A stretch of 64,000 nucleotides of DNA from an uncultured Verrucomicrobiae bacterium. GTDB taxonomy: Bacteria; Verrucomicrobiota; Verrucomicrobiia; Chthoniobacterales; UBA10450. The position numbers were made by a program, and so were the translations under genes. How positions within the stretch are numbered: the first letter of the stretch is position 1; each line of letters starts with the position of its first letter. Shown in pieces: positions 41,690 through 54,868 of the stretch. The notes below the pieces were generated by a model, which saw only the letters and a list, made by a program, of their open reading frames with translations, searched no databases and was not told the DNA's origin. The stretch covers positions 320,001-384,000 of the forward strand of contig CAWFGO010000003.1 in assembly GCA_963815455.1 (NCBI GenBank), written 5' to 3'.

Positions 41690-42884
41690 TCAGCGAATCG
41701 TCGGCTGAACAGCATCGCGTTCTTCTCGTTTCATGCGGGGCTTAGTACCTTCGTGAAACGGCGCGCGCATTTCATTCTCGCTCGGCTCTCGCCGGACTCT
41801 GGATTTCAGACAAGAACAGCACCGGGATTCCGCCGATGCTTTATCGGCGGTGTTGGCCGTTTCACGTTTGTATTAAGCCGTTCTATCATCTCGCTCCGCA
41901 AATTGTGGTGGAGCGAATGTTGTACGCGTTGTTCCCAATCTGGCGACAATGGTTTCTGCAACAACCTTTTCCCAGATGCAACGTCGTCCACGCCATGGCG
42001 GGTTATGCTACCGAGGCATTTACACAGGCTGAACAAATCGGCGCGCTTAAGGTCATCGACTTTCCGAATAGCCATCCCACCAGCTACTTTGGTTACTGGC
42101 AACGCGAGTGCGACATCTGGTGCCCGGGAGAGAAGGTTCCGATTCCGCGAAGGATGTTCGCACGCATGAACCGTGAGCTGGACCGAGCCGATATGGTCAT
42201 CGTGCAATCGCGCTTCGAGCAAAGATTCCATGGTGGCTAACGGAATTCCGCCGAACAAAGTGTTTGTCAATCCAATGGGCGTAGACACAACGCTTTTTAC
42301 GAAACGCCCAACTATTCCTTCGAAAACGCGCTTTGTTTATGTCGGAACGATCTGTCTTCGCAAAGGACACCAATATCTCTTTCGCGCGTGGGAAATCGTA
42401 AAACGTAAGTTGCCGGACGCTGAGCTTATCTGTGTAGGCCAATATAAGACCGACTTTCGAAAAGAACGGCCCAAATGGGAGAACACGTTCACCTGGATCC
42501 CAAGCTTAACACACGCTGAGCTTGCGGATTTGCTGAGGACTTGCACTGCGTTTGCTTTTCATCGCAGGAGGAAGGCATTGCCCGCGCGCAGATGGAAGCA
42601 TTGCCTGTGGCCTGCCGGTGATCGGCACGCACGAGGGAGGCGCGACTACGCTGGTAGATGATGGTGTTGAAGGTTTCATCGTGCGCGGACGTGAACCGGA
42701 AGATATCGCGGCGGCGATGATTAAGATCGCGTCCGACCGCGAGATGAACAACCGAATGGGGGAAGCGGCTTATCGGAAGGGATCAATCCGAAACTCCTGG
42801 CAGGACTATGGCGATCGGCTCTTACAAGAATACGCCACGCGACTGCGAGCGAGTGAACAAGAAAAACAAAGCGGGTTGCCTTAA
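41690..42884 (+). CDS. Glycosyltransferase family 4, frameshifted; start approximate
   Basis: NPMGVDT, FVYVGTICLRKGHQYL, ACGLPVIGTHEGG, GVEGFIV. Confidence 0.8.
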
Positions 42885-43627
42885 CTGGGCGTGCCAATAT
42901 CGCGAGATCGGGGCTTGAAAAGAGCGTCGGCAAACGTCATTTCCCGCTGCGAATTTCGTGCCGGATGGTAGATGTTGCAGAGCGCGTAATCACAGCTCGT
43001 TAAATATCCGAGAATTTCGTGAAACCATCCCTGGCCTGCGTATTGGGGATCAAAAATCGCTTCACACTGGATGAGACCCACGCGCTTCTCGCTCAACATT
43101 CGTTGCGCCCCCTTCAGCACGCGCAGATCGAATCCCTGACAATCCGTTTTTAGTAGATCGATTCGTCCGATCTGCTGTTCCGCACAAAATTCATCGAGCG
43201 TCGTCACATTGACCGGAATTTTCTCTCGTGTGGCCATCAGCACACCAATCTCAGTCTTGGCGGCTTGTGTCGCCGTGGGCGGCGACGAGTTCGTCATCGG
43301 CTCCACGTTCGAAAGAAATCGAACGATCCGGATTCGTCCCCAAGCGCGACCTGGCAAAAATGTACGTCGGAAAAATCGGCGGCCACTTCGCCAAAGCCAG
43401 AAACCAGTCCGGATCGGGTTCAAACAATAGATCCTGGCTGCGGGGAAAACGGGTTTTGCGTTTATTAGCGTTTCTCCCCTGTGCGCGCCGGCATCGACAA
43501 TCACCGGACTCGAGCTAGCCCCGATCAAACCAGCAATGTCTTGCCACGGATCCCACCCGAACCGGCGCTTCGAGACAAAGACATGACCAGTAAGGCCGAG
43601 AAGACGCTGCAATAAAGTTTTCAGCAT
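42881..43627 (-). CDS. FkbM family methyltransferase
   Basis: IVDAGAHRG, TTLDEF, IDLLKTDCQGFDLRVLKG. Confidence 0.85.
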   Translation of the reverse strand: MLKTLLQRLLGLTGHVFVSKRRFGWDPWQDIAGLIGASSSPVIVDAGAHRGETLINAKPVFPAARIYCLNPIRTGFWLWRSGRRFFRRTFLPGRAWGRIRIVRFLSNVEPMTNSSPPTATQAAKTEIGVLMATREKIPVNVTTLDEFCAEQQIGRIDLLKTDCQGFDLRVLKGAQRMLSEKRVGLIQCEAIFDPQYAGQGWFHEILGYLTSCDYALCNIYHPARNSQREMTFADALFKPRSRDIGTPS

Positions 43628-43857
43628 GTCGCCGCGAATATACTAACGTTGAAGGGTGAGACAGCCTTGTAGCCTGTGTCAAGACGGCCGTTCGTCCCGG
43701 CCGTGATCACCCTGCCTCCAAATCGGCTTTAACTTTGGAAGGCAATCACGGAGCATAAACATCAAGCGCCCGACAATCAGCTAATCCGGGTTCCGAGCAC
43801 GCACCGAAACCAAAGAATGAACAATGCAGGCGTTCGAGATTCGAAAGCCGAGAAGCA

Positions 43858-44610
43858 ATGGCAATAGTCAATATTCTCAAGAAAATCCTGCCCAAGCAGT
43901 TTAAGGATTTGATCAGGGGGCAAAGTGCCCGTCGTTCGGGGGTTCCGTCCATGCAATGGAGCTTGGAGAATATGTGCCGACTCGGTTTCCGACCGGCTGG
44001 CGTTGTGGACATCGGCGCTTACGAAGGAGAGTGGACGTTGATGGCCGCAAAAATCTTTCCGCGCGTTCCGTTTCTGATGATTGAGGCGCAACCGTCAAAA
44101 CGGGAAGTTCTCGAGCAGATCAAGAGGCAATATCCTGCCACCATTGGCTATCGAATAGCCTTGCTTGGGGACCGGGCAAAAGACGGGGTAGTTTTCCACC
44201 AGCTTGAAAATGCTCCGACGGCGTCCTCCATTTTGTCGGACCACGCCGGTACCCCCGCTCGCGACCTCGTCTGTAAGATGGAAGTCCTCGATCACGTGCT
44301 GGTGGAGGAGCATCTCCAACGTCCGGAATTAATTAAGATCGATGTCCAAGGCTACGAATTGGAGGTGTTGAAAGGGGCCACGGAAACCCTGGCCAAGGCA
44401 CACGCAATAATGATGGAAGTTTCTCTGATCGAGCTTTATAAAGGCAACCCGCTATTGAATGAAGCTATTGGCTTCATGCACGAAAAAGGTTTTAGACCTT
44501 ACGATATCTGCACTTTGAACCGCAGAAGTCTGGATAACGCCCTCGTGCAGGCGGACATGATTTTTCTGAAAAACGACTCTTTTCTGTTAGCGCAAAAGAC
44601 ATGGGCCTGA
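43858..44610 (+). CDS. FkbM family methyltransferase
   Basis: VVDIGAYEGEW, LIKIDVQGYELEVLKG, LVQADMIF. Confidence 0.9.
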   Translation: MAIVNILKKILPKQFKDLIRGQSARRSGVPSMQWSLENMCRLGFRPAGVVDIGAYEGEWTLMAAKIFPRVPFLMIEAQPSKREVLEQIKRQYPATIGYRIALLGDRAKDGVVFHQLENAPTASSILSDHAGTPARDLVCKMEVLDHVLVEEHLQRPELIKIDVQGYELEVLKGATETLAKAHAIMMEVSLIELYKGNPLLNEAIGFMHEKGFRPYDICTLNRRSLDNALVQADMIFLKNDSFLLAQKTWA

Positions 44611-44799
44611 AGTGCAACGCGGTTCTGATTACCTCGAGAGGTTGCGACTTCCCGATGCCAAGCTCCTTTTCTGAGCTTCTGGGCAGTTTATAGGGACTGA
44701 TGAAACAGCACGGCCAAGTAGCTCGGCCACCCAAGACAGGCAATATTTTGTGTGCTCATTTGAGTAAATCAAACCCTCTCCGAGCCTTTTTCCGTTTCA

Positions 44800-45936
44800 A
44801 TGAAAGTCGCACTCCTTACCACGGACAACCGCGAACATTATCGCGACTACAATGCGCAATATCCCTATTTCGGCATGGCTCCTGAGGCGTTGCTCCAAGG
44901 CTTCGCGGCGTCCCCAATGTCGAAGTTCACGCGATCTCCTGCACCAGCAGCCAATGAAATCCCCTGAAAAATTGGGTGATAACATTTGGTTTCACAGTCT
45001 GCTAGTGCCAAAAGTCGGCTGGCTACGCACAGGTTATCCGGGATGTGTCCGCGCAGTTCGCAGGAAACTGAAAGAAATTCGGCCGGATATGGTTCATGGC
45101 CAGGGAACAGAACGGGATTGCGGGCTGGAGGCAGTCTTCTCCGGGTTTCCGAATGTCGTGACGTTACATGGCGTCATGACGGAACAGGCGAAACTGTTGC
45201 ATGCCCGGCCCGGGATATTTTACTGGATGGCCGCCCAGCTGGAAAAATTCACTCTGCCCCGCGCGGGCGGGGTTTTCTGCAATTCGGAGTATACAGAGAA
45301 TGCTGTGCGGTCACTTGCCCGCAGAAAATGGCGAGTGCCGAATGCCCTTCGCGAAGCTTTCTTTCGCGAACCGATTACAACTCGTCCATCTGGAAAACCG
45401 ATTCTGCTGAATATCGGCATGATTTCTCCGCGCAAACAGCAATGCGAATTATTGATGGCCGCGCGCAAGTTGCAGGAGGCGGGCTTGCATTTCGAGCTCC
45501 ATTTCTTAGGAACGGTTAATCGCGAAACAACCTCCGGCCACCGATTCTCAACGCCATCGCGCAAAACATTTCGTTTGCTCGTCATCTCGGCTTTAAGTCG
45601 ATGGATGAGGCCATCCGCTGTTACGACCGCGCATCTGCAGTTGTGCATATCCCCTCCGAAGAAGCGTTGAGTCTCGTCAGTGGCTGAACCCTGGCTCGGA
45701 ATTTGAAATTCTTCGGTTTTGATGTCGGTGGCATACCCGAAATTGCCCTCGCCGTTGATGGCGCGGAACTATTTGCAGTCGATGACTGGGATGGGCTAGA
45801 AAACTCGATTCGCCGATGGATTGAGCAGATCGCCGCAGCCGACCTCAGCGGCTGATGTGATGCGCGAACGATATCACCAGCAGTGATCGCTAGGCGACAC
45901 CTTGAGATCTATCGAGAAGTCCTCGCCGCTTCGTAA
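44800..45936 (+). CDS. Glycosyltransferase family 4, multiple frameshifts
   Basis: MKVALLTTDNRE, PDMVHGQGTE, VTLHG, VPNALR, VGGIPE, end EIYREVLAAS*. Confidence 0.78.
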
Positions 45937-46911
45937 ATTTGTATCAATTGCCTGGCGACATCGTCCCAAGAATGCTGCTGGATTTGCGGTGAAGGAAGAT
46001 CGCGAGCCGAACATAGAAATTCTTCAGAATTTGCGCGTTTACCCCTCCGCCTGCCAAATTGAAATAGGTTGCTTGCTCGCCGAAACATTCGCGCGACCAG
46101 TTCAGATCGGGCAGCAGCAATGGCAATCCACAGACGGCGGCTTCATGGGCGACCAAACTCCAGTTTTCGTATCGACTGAACAAAACAAAGCCCCGGGCAG
46201 ACAAGTCAGGTTCTTCATCGCGGCCGGTCCTGAGTGTGCGTTTGTACAAGACAAAGCGGTTGTCCATCAGGCTTTGAAAGCGCGTCCAGTACTGGATCGT
46301 GCCAGAGTAGGATCGCCGACGAAGAGGATCGGCACTTCCGCCGCGCGCGCCATTTCTGCCAACTCGACCGAGCGTTTGACATCCCTAATTGTTCCAACAC
46401 TGATCAGATAGTTCTCTGGAGACGGCTCGGACGAAGGTTGCAGATAAATGTTGTCCAATCCCAACGGGATAACCGCTATCCGTGAGGCGGAGACCCCATA
46501 AACTTTCTCGAGAACACGACGCTCCGCTTCAATGCCGACGACAACACGGTCTGGCTTGTGAAAGGCGCGCCACTGAAGCTGCTTTTGGATTGAACCCCAG
46601 CCAGGAAGAGCGAGAAGACCCCGGGTAATCAATCCTTGAAGCGACAAACGAAGATCCGACCGATTGCATGTCTATGAAAAGAAGGTCGTCAAGACGACAG
46701 GAATTCTCTTCTGACGCGCGAGGTCGAAATAATGATGCGGAATCGATCCGAAATAATGGATCACGTCGGCTCGCTGTTGTTCATCCCACCACCGAACAAA
46801 TTCGACATCGATTCCCGCCTTTGCCAAAGCGAGCTTGGTTTGTTCGATTTGGATCTGAACTCCCCCGTGCGCCAGCAGAAACGGGCTGGAGTGGTCAATC
46901 AATACCTTCAT
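45909..46911 (-). CDS. Glycosyltransferase family 4, frameshifted
   Basis: LAHGGVQIQIEQT, SVGTIRDVKR, SRYENWSLVAHEAAVCGLP, end WDDVARQLIQIYEAARTSR*. Confidence 0.78.
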
Positions 46912-47108
46912 ACCGACGGCAAACGGGCAGTGTCGGCTCGGCCCGGCACGGGGTCAGTGAAATAAAGATTATCATTAGTCATCGGGGCGGAAATGTTATA
47001 AGCTCCCGAACGATCACAAGAGAGCGTGGCAATTTGCAACCTGGAATTTCTGCTTATCGAAAACGCTGCTTGATTTAGAGGACCTTTCCGTGGCAAAATC
47101 GCTGATTC

Positions 47109-48650
47109 ATGGATAATCCCGCGCTGACCCAACGAGTAAAGGCGCTATTAATCTGCGGCCTCGGGTTGGCTCTTGCCATTTTCCTTGGAACTCAGATCGG
47201 TCAGGAGAACTATGCGGAGCTGCTTCTCGGGACCGTCATCGCCGTCGTTGCCTGCCATTTCCCTTTTCTCGGGCCGATTTTTCTGGGTGCTCACGATTGC
47301 GTCATCTTTTCTCGGAGGAACGTTTCCGATTCTTGGTGGCCAGTTCACTCCATTTCAAATCTTGATGGTGATTGGCGTGGCAAAGTTCTTTGTTGGAGAT
47401 GTCGTCTTGCGACGGACGAAGATGAAACTGGGAACTCGGGTGGATGCGCTGCTTGATCCTGGCTTCATGGCGATTCTCACCTGGCATGGCATTCACGACC
47501 GATTCGGAATGCGCTTTCTGGGATCGAGTATTTGGGGCGGCAGGAATTATGTGAGCGTTTACGTCGGACTGGCGGCGTTTGTGGTGATCCAGAGCATCCC
47601 AATGAAACCGAGGCTTTGGGCAAAATTGCCCTATGTCATCCTGGCGGTGACCGGCATTCGATATGATCATCGCCATAATCACGACAATATTTCCAGATTC
47701 CATATATATGATATATCCATTTCTATTCGGCGGTATCCATGGCGGGAGTCGAAGAAATCCTACCGGCAATCTCGATGTACACGGGCGGATCGGCTGCATT
47801 CGGCAACTTTGGAGTTCATGATGATTATTCTCATCTTGGCCTCGACTTCGCTGACAAGAATTTTACACCCAGCGAACTTATTCCGCTTGTCGGTCTCGCA
47901 GCCGGCTCTCTGGCGGTTCTTTATTCCGGCTTTCGCTCTGCGGTCGCAAACGCTCTGATGCCGGATTTATCGCTGGAATTCGCGATCTAAAATGGGCTGT
48001 TTTGGCGGTCTTCCCATTTGTCGCCGTGTTTCTCTTTGGGCTTTCGGTAATCAATTCCGAAATTGTCGCTCTGCCCAAGCAGATCCAGCGCGGCCTGGCG
48101 TTTATTCCAGGAAAATGGGATATCGAGATGGACAGGATGCCGCTGCCTCCAACGATTTTCGAAGACAGGTCTGGACAATCTGGTGGAAAGAATATTTTCC
48201 GAGGCATCCCTTGCTCGGAAGAGGCTTCGGTTTTCGAAGTCAGTGGGCAAGGACTTCCGTGGTCCAGCACAGCGCCTGGGAAACAAAGCAGATGGTCGAA
48301 ACCGGGAATATTCATAACGGCCTGTTTTCAGCCATGGATGCTTTGGAATCGTCGGGGCAATTTTCTTCGTCATTTGGAATATTCGGCATGCTCGGCCGGA
48401 CCTTCCGGGTGCCAGGCCTCGGAACGATCCTGAATGGTCGCTATGCGTTTTCTCGCGCTCTACCTGGCAGTCCAGATCATATCCTATTGGTTCGGCGCTT
48501 CGAGCCTGGGTTCGTTTTTTGCCCAGGAATTCGCCTTGGCCGCTGTTTTCCTTCGCCTACAGAGCGAGATTTAATGAATCCAGGAGCAAAACGTCGGTCG
48601 GAGGTCAGACAGACGAGCAGAGTCTCCAAGACGAATTGGCAATCGCCTAG
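47109..48650 (+). CDS. O-antigen ligase/polymerase-like membrane protein, heavily frameshifted; end approximate
   Basis: Multi-TM; YSGFRS, FRRQVW, HPLLGRGFG, GNIHNGLFS (HNxx motif of Wzy_C/WaaL). Confidence 0.7.
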
Positions 48651-48697
48651 CTGCAAGCCCAGGATGCGTTCAAAATCAGGGGGCGCGAATCGGCCAG

Positions 48698-49560
48698 ATG
48701 ATCTCGATCGTTACGCCGAGTTTTCGACAGCTCGATTGGTTGCGACTCGCAATCGCATCGGTGGCGGACCAAGAAGGAGTGAAGGTCGAACATATCGTTC
48801 AAGATGGCGGGACGGAGGATGTCCAGGAAACGTTGGCCAAAATCGCGAAATCTTGGAGAAGCAATTCTTACAAGCCGAAATTGTTCGTTGAAAAAGATCA
48901 GGGAATGTACGATGCGATCAATCGTGGATTGCGGCGGACCACCGGTGAAATTTGCGGCTATCTGAATTGCGACGAGCAATATTTCCCGGAGCGCTAACCG
49001 AGGTGGAAAATTATTTCGAGGCGAATCCCCGGAAACCGATGTGCTTTTTGGCGATGCTATTCTGGTGAACGCGGAAGGCGTCCCCTCTCGTATCGCCGAG
49101 TGACCTCCCCTGCCTGGCCCACTTGCGTCTTGCCGATCTCAATACTCTAACGTGTGCGACCTTTTTCCGACGAACGGGCTGGTGGAAGCCGATCACCTCT
49201 TTCCTACTCACCTCAAGATTGCAGGCGATCAATCCTGGGTTTTTCAGCTACTTGAAGAGCGGAATTAAAATGGGCGTGCTGCAAAAACCTCTTAGTGTGT
49301 TTGCATTCACTGGGGCCAATCTTTCACACACCGCTTGGTGGATAGACGAACGATCGGCCTGGGCTTTCCCAGACGAGCGATCAAGCCCGTTCGATGACGC
49401 CGATTGTAATCTCCGGACATCGGTTCAGGAAACTGCTCGCGGGAGCGTATCGCTGGCGAGATGTTACCATCGAAATCTACACAAAAGCGCGGCCTGATCA
49501 GCGTAGAAAAGACATGCGCACGGATCGGCTTCCGCTGGCCGAAGAATCCCGCGGCGTGAT
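48698..49560 (+). CDS. Glycosyltransferase family 2, frameshifted; end approximate
   Basis: ISIVTPSFRQ, IVQDGGT, DQGMYDAINRG, GYLNCDEQY. Confidence 0.8.
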
Positions 49561-49565
49561 CTCAA

Positions 49566-50564
49566 GTGAAGATCGGGTTGCTTCAATGGCTGATTTGTCC
49601 CCGTGATCCGCGGCCCTTTTGAACTCATCGGTAGCAAAGATGCAAATGGCGAAATCGAATCGGGCGTGTTGCGATGTCTGAAATGTGGCTGTGAATACCC
49701 GATTGTGCGCGGCGTACCACGGTTCGTTCAATCGGACGATTATGCTTCAAGTTTTGGCTTACAATGGAACCGCCACGCACGGGTTCAGCTCGATTCCAAG
49801 AACGGCACGACATTTTCACGCGATCGATTTTATGCGATCACCGAATGGTTGCCGCCCTCGATTAGGGATAAGCTCGTCATGGATGTAGGCTGCGGTGCCG
49901 GGCGTTTTGCCGAGATTGCCCTGTCGGACGGCGCCGAAGTTGTTGCTGTGGATTTGAGCTCAGCAGTCGATGCGGCCTATCAAAATCTGGGCAGACATCC
50001 GAGGTTTCATTGCATACAGGCATCGATCTACGAATTACCCTTTGCCGACGGGACATTCGACTACGGATATTGCATCGGCGTGATTCAACATACACCCGAC
50101 CCGGAAAAGGCGGTGAAAAGCATTCTTCCAAAAATCAAAGTCGGCGGGAAAGCAGGCTTTTGGATTTATGAGCGCAATTGGAAAGCGTTCATCGGAACCG
50201 TCGGATTCAAATATCTATTGCGCCCGTTCACCGGCGATGGGATTTTCGAGCGCACCGAAGCATTCGCCACTTCATTAGAGAAATTCTTTTGGCCGATCAC
50301 GCGAGGGGCCGGCAGCGCGGAATCATTGGGAAGATCGTGATGAGAATGTTGCCGGTCTCCTCCGCTCACCTTCAAGGGTTGCCTCTGGGTGAAAGCGATT
50401 TTCGGGAATGGGTCAGGCTCGACACCCTCGACATGTATTCGCCCGCGCATGATCATCCGCAGACCTTTGCCCAAGTGAAAACGTGGTTGGAAGCAGGCGG
50501 GTTTCAGGTCGATCCTCGACACCCGCATGGAGGAATCTCGATTACGGGAAGCAGGTCTCGCTAA
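49566..50564 (+). CDS. Trm112-like N-terminus + class I SAM methyltransferase, frameshifted
   Basis: CLKCGCEYPIVRGVPRFV, SFGLQW, MDVGCGAGRF, GVIQHTPDP, LDTLDMYSP. Confidence 0.8.
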
Positions 50565-52108
50565 TGAACGAAAAGGATGTTTCGGTGCGTTTCCAGGGGA
50601 TTGAAATTCGATCGCCCTGTCTGGCTATTTCTTCTCGTGGGTATGGCCTTGCGTTGCGTGGCCATCAATAAACCACTGATTGACGCACATTTGGTCCGTC
50701 AAACTCAGACCGCAGCGGCTACGGAAAGCCTGATAAATCAGCCGGGTCTTAACCTCAGTTCCAATGTTCCATGGTCTGGGGACATCGATGACCGCTACCT
50801 GCAGGAGTTACCGCTCTATAACTATCTCGTGATTGGGATCTATCGAGTCGTCGGCGATCTCGATGCAAGCGGAAAAGTGACGAGCATCATTCTGTGGGCG
50901 GCTTCGTTTCTATGTTTACAGTTTATCTGGCGACGTTTTCTTGACCGGGAACAGACAAATTGGGCCAACCTCCTCTTTGTCGTTGCGCCTTTGGGCGTGT
51001 TCTTTGGTCAGGCGTTCATGCCCGAGATGCTGGTGCAGCTCCTGGCTTTCTCGTTCGTTCTGCTGGCAATACGCTATATCGAGATTCCAAGTGTCACACG
51101 CTGGATATCATGCGTGGCGGTTGGGCTGACCGGATTATTGGTCAAGCTGCCGGAAATCGCCCACCTCTACGTCATTTTGATTGCGTTGGTTTTCGGCTGC
51201 GAAGGGCGCAAAGGGCTGGTGCGACCACGATACTTGATAGCCGCTGCTGCGACAATTGTCGTACTCAAGCTCTGGGGCAACTATCCAGACACGGTGAACG
51301 TTGGACCTTTGTCTTTCGGCTCATCCGATAGACAAACTACTGCATACCTATATCGGAACATGAGGACAGTAGATTCCATTTCCTACCATGGGCGATGGTG
51401 GGTTTGTACCTGACGGCTTTCATCGCTGCCGGGCCGTGCCGCTCTGGTCATCGGTTACGGGCTGTGGATTTATCTGCGGAGGACGACGGGAGAAAATCCT
51501 TGGGTTGTGGCTCCTTTCGCTGGTGGTTTTTTATTTACTCTGGTTCGGGTTCGCAGCCACAAATCAAAGCTACTACAACCTGCCAGCGTTAGCTCCGGCT
51601 GTGCGCACTTTTCGGGATCGGCATGAAAGAGCTCTTTTCGTCGAGATATTTCATTCGATGGCGGTTGGCGGCAACGATTGGCGCCGCTCTGTTGGTAATC
51701 CTTCCCGCAATTCCGGTTTGGCAATACCTTTTCCGGCAAGATCGACAAATCTTTGCTGCGGCATCGTGGGTTCGGGCAAATACTCAGCCGGGCGACCTGA
51801 TCCTACTTCGGCTGAACCATCGTAATGACATGATCGACTATCCATTCAACCCGATAATCGCTTACTATGGTAAGCGTCCCACCTTTGTCTGGACCAGATA
51901 TACGCCCGAAGCTTATCGCAGAGCCGCTCTGGAACGCGCCAAATACGCAGTAGTGACGCCGCCTGCGCCGGCCGTGGGAGGTGTGCTGGCGTTAGTCAAC
52001 CGCTTGCGGCACTCCTCCCACTCTCCTGAGCCTACCGATTGGCTGGAAACGAGCGGATTTCACATGTTCGTGACAGAAAAAGGCTTTGTCGTTTACCGGA
52101 AGAACTGA
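50564..52108 (+). CDS. GT-C fold (ArnT/GT39-like) membrane glycosyltransferase, frameshifted
   Basis: DAHLVRQTQTA, QELPLYNY, FMPE, LVKLP; many TM helices. Confidence 0.72.
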
Positions 52109-52109
52109 T

Positions 52110-52314
52110 GCTCATGATCTCTTGCATCCGTTCACCGGTTTCGCTTGGATGAAGTGGATTTCTGCAAATGAAGAAGATTGAGCAGACTGCACTGATCCGC
52201 ACATGATCATCCCCAGACGTTCCAGCCGGAAAAGAATGGCTGGAAGAGGCGGGCTTCGATGTCGATCCAGGACGTCCGCATGGAGGCATCTAGATCGCTG
52301 GATACCGTAAACGA
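52110..52314 (+). pseudogene. Degenerate copy of the 3' end of the 49566-50564 methyltransferase
   Basis: CATGATCATCCCCAGAC...TGGCTGGAAG...GTCGATCC...CCGCATGGAGGCATCT aligns with 50448-50538 (HDHPQTF...WLE...VDP..PHGGI). Confidence 0.8.
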
Positions 52315-54012
52315 ATGAAGGCTGCAGATTTCTCAGCCGAAAATGGCCACGGGAAAAGGCCGGCGTTAGCGAATGGCTCCGAGCTGCCGCTGTTACTTCT
52401 ATTGTTCTGCATTCCGCCGCTGATCGGCATGGCGCGTCATCCATTCTGGCTGGATGAAGTGTTTACTTTGTTTCCGGCGCCAAACGACGATTCGTCTTTA
52501 CGCGCGGCTTTTGCGAGCGCCTTTCATTTTTCAGGGTCGGTCCAGTTTACTCCCCTTCACACCTTTCTTGTCGCGATCTGGGCGCGAATCGTGCCTTCCA
52601 CGGAATTCGCGCTCAGGTGCATGAACTTTCCGTTTCTGATCGGCATTGCCCTAATCTCTCGAGCACTTCTGCGCCGGCTGGCTTTGCGATCAGTGGCCAG
52701 CTACTGGCTTTTTCTGACATTTATCGCGTTAAGCCCGTTTTATCTTTATTACTCTCATTAGATCTGCGCCCCTACGCGTCACTGATTTGCTTTGGCGGAA
52801 TGATATTCCTTGGCCTGCTCTTGTGGAAAGAGTGGCAAAAGAGCGGGCCATGGCTGATTGCCACGGGATTTTCTCTAGCTTTCCTGACCCAACCGACGGG
52901 TATTTCTGTTGGCGCCGGTCATTCTGGCCAGCGTGATCTCGCGCGGGTGGCACGATCCTCGTCGAGCAGCCCGGATGTGGACTGCGCCAGGCTTAATTGG
53001 AACACTGGCCACTGGCGCGGGGAGCCTTTATTACCACGCCGTTCGCAGCGGAGGAGGAATGCAGTTCTGGGGCGGCGGTGGATTCGTCAAAAGCATCGGC
53101 TTCGTTCTTTACGAGTTCATGGGATTCGCCGGCCTGGGGCCAACCCGCTCGCAACTGCGGGCACTCGCTCCTCCAGCTGGTGTGGAATCGGCGCTCGCTC
53201 CGGTGCAACTCTCATGGATGGATTGGCTGCCGGCCGTTGTGCTCGCCATTTTATGGGGCGTCCTGGCCGGCCTTGTCCTCTACTCACTTGTCCGTGGTGG
53301 GACCCGGCGCTTCTGGGCGGTTCCAGTATTGCGTTGGAGCGCAATACTTTTCTTCGTCCGTCTGCTGCTACTGACCGTTTTCTTTGATCTAATCAATTAT
53401 CGTTTTCAGGCGCGGCACGCCAGTTTCCTCTACCTGCCGTTTCTTTTTCTTGTCTTCGCGTGTGTCGTACAAGCGAATGGAAAACTGACGATTCGCCTCC
53501 CTTTTCTCGCTTTGCTCGCAGTCATGGCACTGTCGTCGGCTCGTCTGCTGCTCGACCCGGTTTACATGCGGGAAGATCCCCGCGGATTGCTTGAAGCCTG
53601 GCGGCGATTCAACGCAACCGTCGGGCCGGCTGATCTCTGGGCGTTTTATCCGCCCGAGTCGATGATCTACTACGTCAAAGGCAGGGATTTACTCGTTCTC
53701 TCCGATTCCGCAGCTTACCGATACGACCGGATCGGGCCGGCAACCTTTCGAAAAACGGATTTGCCTGACGACGCTGCGCAAAAGGATCTCGCAAACGCGG
53801 ATGTAGTCTGCTTGATGAGACTAAGGCGTCGAGATTTGTGGCAGCACCTGGTGGAAAGTCACCGCGGCAAGAGGGTCGTGATTGCCGTGAACCGTGGCAC
53901 GGAATTCGATCCGGATAATTTTGCACGGGAATTGATCGATAACCCCGCTGCTCATGCGAAGAAGCTGGGCGAATGGCCTTTCGTCGAATGTTATCAGTGC
54001 GTTGTGCCTTAG
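52315..54012 (+). CDS. GT-C fold membrane protein (ArnT/PMT-like), frameshifted
   Basis: FWLDE, TPLH, EFALR, SPF..YYS.DLRPYA motifs; many TM helices. Confidence 0.72.
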
Positions 54013-54023
54013 CGACAACGCCG

Positions 54024-54758
54024 CTAGTCACGTTGTGCAAAAATGTTAAGGAAGAAATGTTCACCAACTCTGAAGTCCTCCTCGCCAAGGGGAATGAGCC
54101 GCCCGTTCCAGGCCACTTTGGAGACTGTGAAGCCGCTACTCGAAAGAAGATTAGTAAGCGCGCGCGGGTTTTCCCCCGCCATAGTTAAACCGTAAGGCCA
54201 GAACTCGAGCAGTAACTTCAGTGCCGGGCTCTGCTTGATGACCCGGCTCGCCCCGCGCAGCGCCGCCAATTCGAATCCCTGAATGTCCGCCTTGATAAAA
54301 TCGACGACTTTGCCATCGGGAAAATAGTCGTCCAAGGCAACGCAGGAGACCGGGATCACTTCGCGCGCCTCTCCGTGGGTCGGATACAAACGGTGATCGA
54401 CGTTTACCGCCTTCGATAAATAGAGCGACATCTGGCGTGTTTCCGCGGCAAGGGCCACAGGGTTGCAGATGATGTTTTGCTCATTTCGGGCTGCTGCGCT
54501 TAACCGAGAAAAATTCTCAGGCGATGGCTCGAAACTATGGACCTCTCCCGATGGACCGACCAGTCGAGCAAGATACCGGGAATAAATGCCGATGTTTGCA
54601 CCGGCATCGACGACGATCATGCCGGGAATAACATGCGCCCGTATCAGACTGCGCTCGGCGCGATCCCTTGTCGCTTTGTAGATGGAATAGAGCGGCCGAT
54701 AGAGCGGGAAGCAACGCTCAAATACTTTGTTTCCGATCCGGTGTAAAAGCGGCGACAT
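54024..54758 (-). CDS. FkbM family methyltransferase
   Basis: VVDAGANIGIYS, HSFEPSP, DFIKADIQGFE, EFWPYGL. Confidence 0.92.
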   Translation of the reverse strand: MSPLLHRIGNKVFERCFPLYRPLYSIYKATRDRAERSLIRAHVIPGMIVVDAGANIGIYSRYLARLVGPSGEVHSFEPSPENFSRLSAAARNEQNIICNPVALAAETRQMSLYLSKAVNVDHRLYPTHGEAREVIPVSCVALDDYFPDGKVVDFIKADIQGFELAALRGASRVIKQSPALKLLLEFWPYGLTMAGENPRALTNLLSSSGFTVSKVAWNGRLIPLGEEDFRVGEHFFLNIFAQRD

Positions 54759-54868
54759 CGGTCAGGCAAGGCGCACTGGCTGCGCCAGCTGCATCAGGCT
54801 CTGCTTGCCGCCTTTCTCGATCATGGTAAGCCGATCGAGAACATGAATGGCTAATGCGGACACAATGA

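Noticed and set aside
46912..47108. Possible ops/JUMPstart element or ncRNA in the divergent intergenic region
   Set aside because: No GGCGGTAG-type match and no convincing structure seen.
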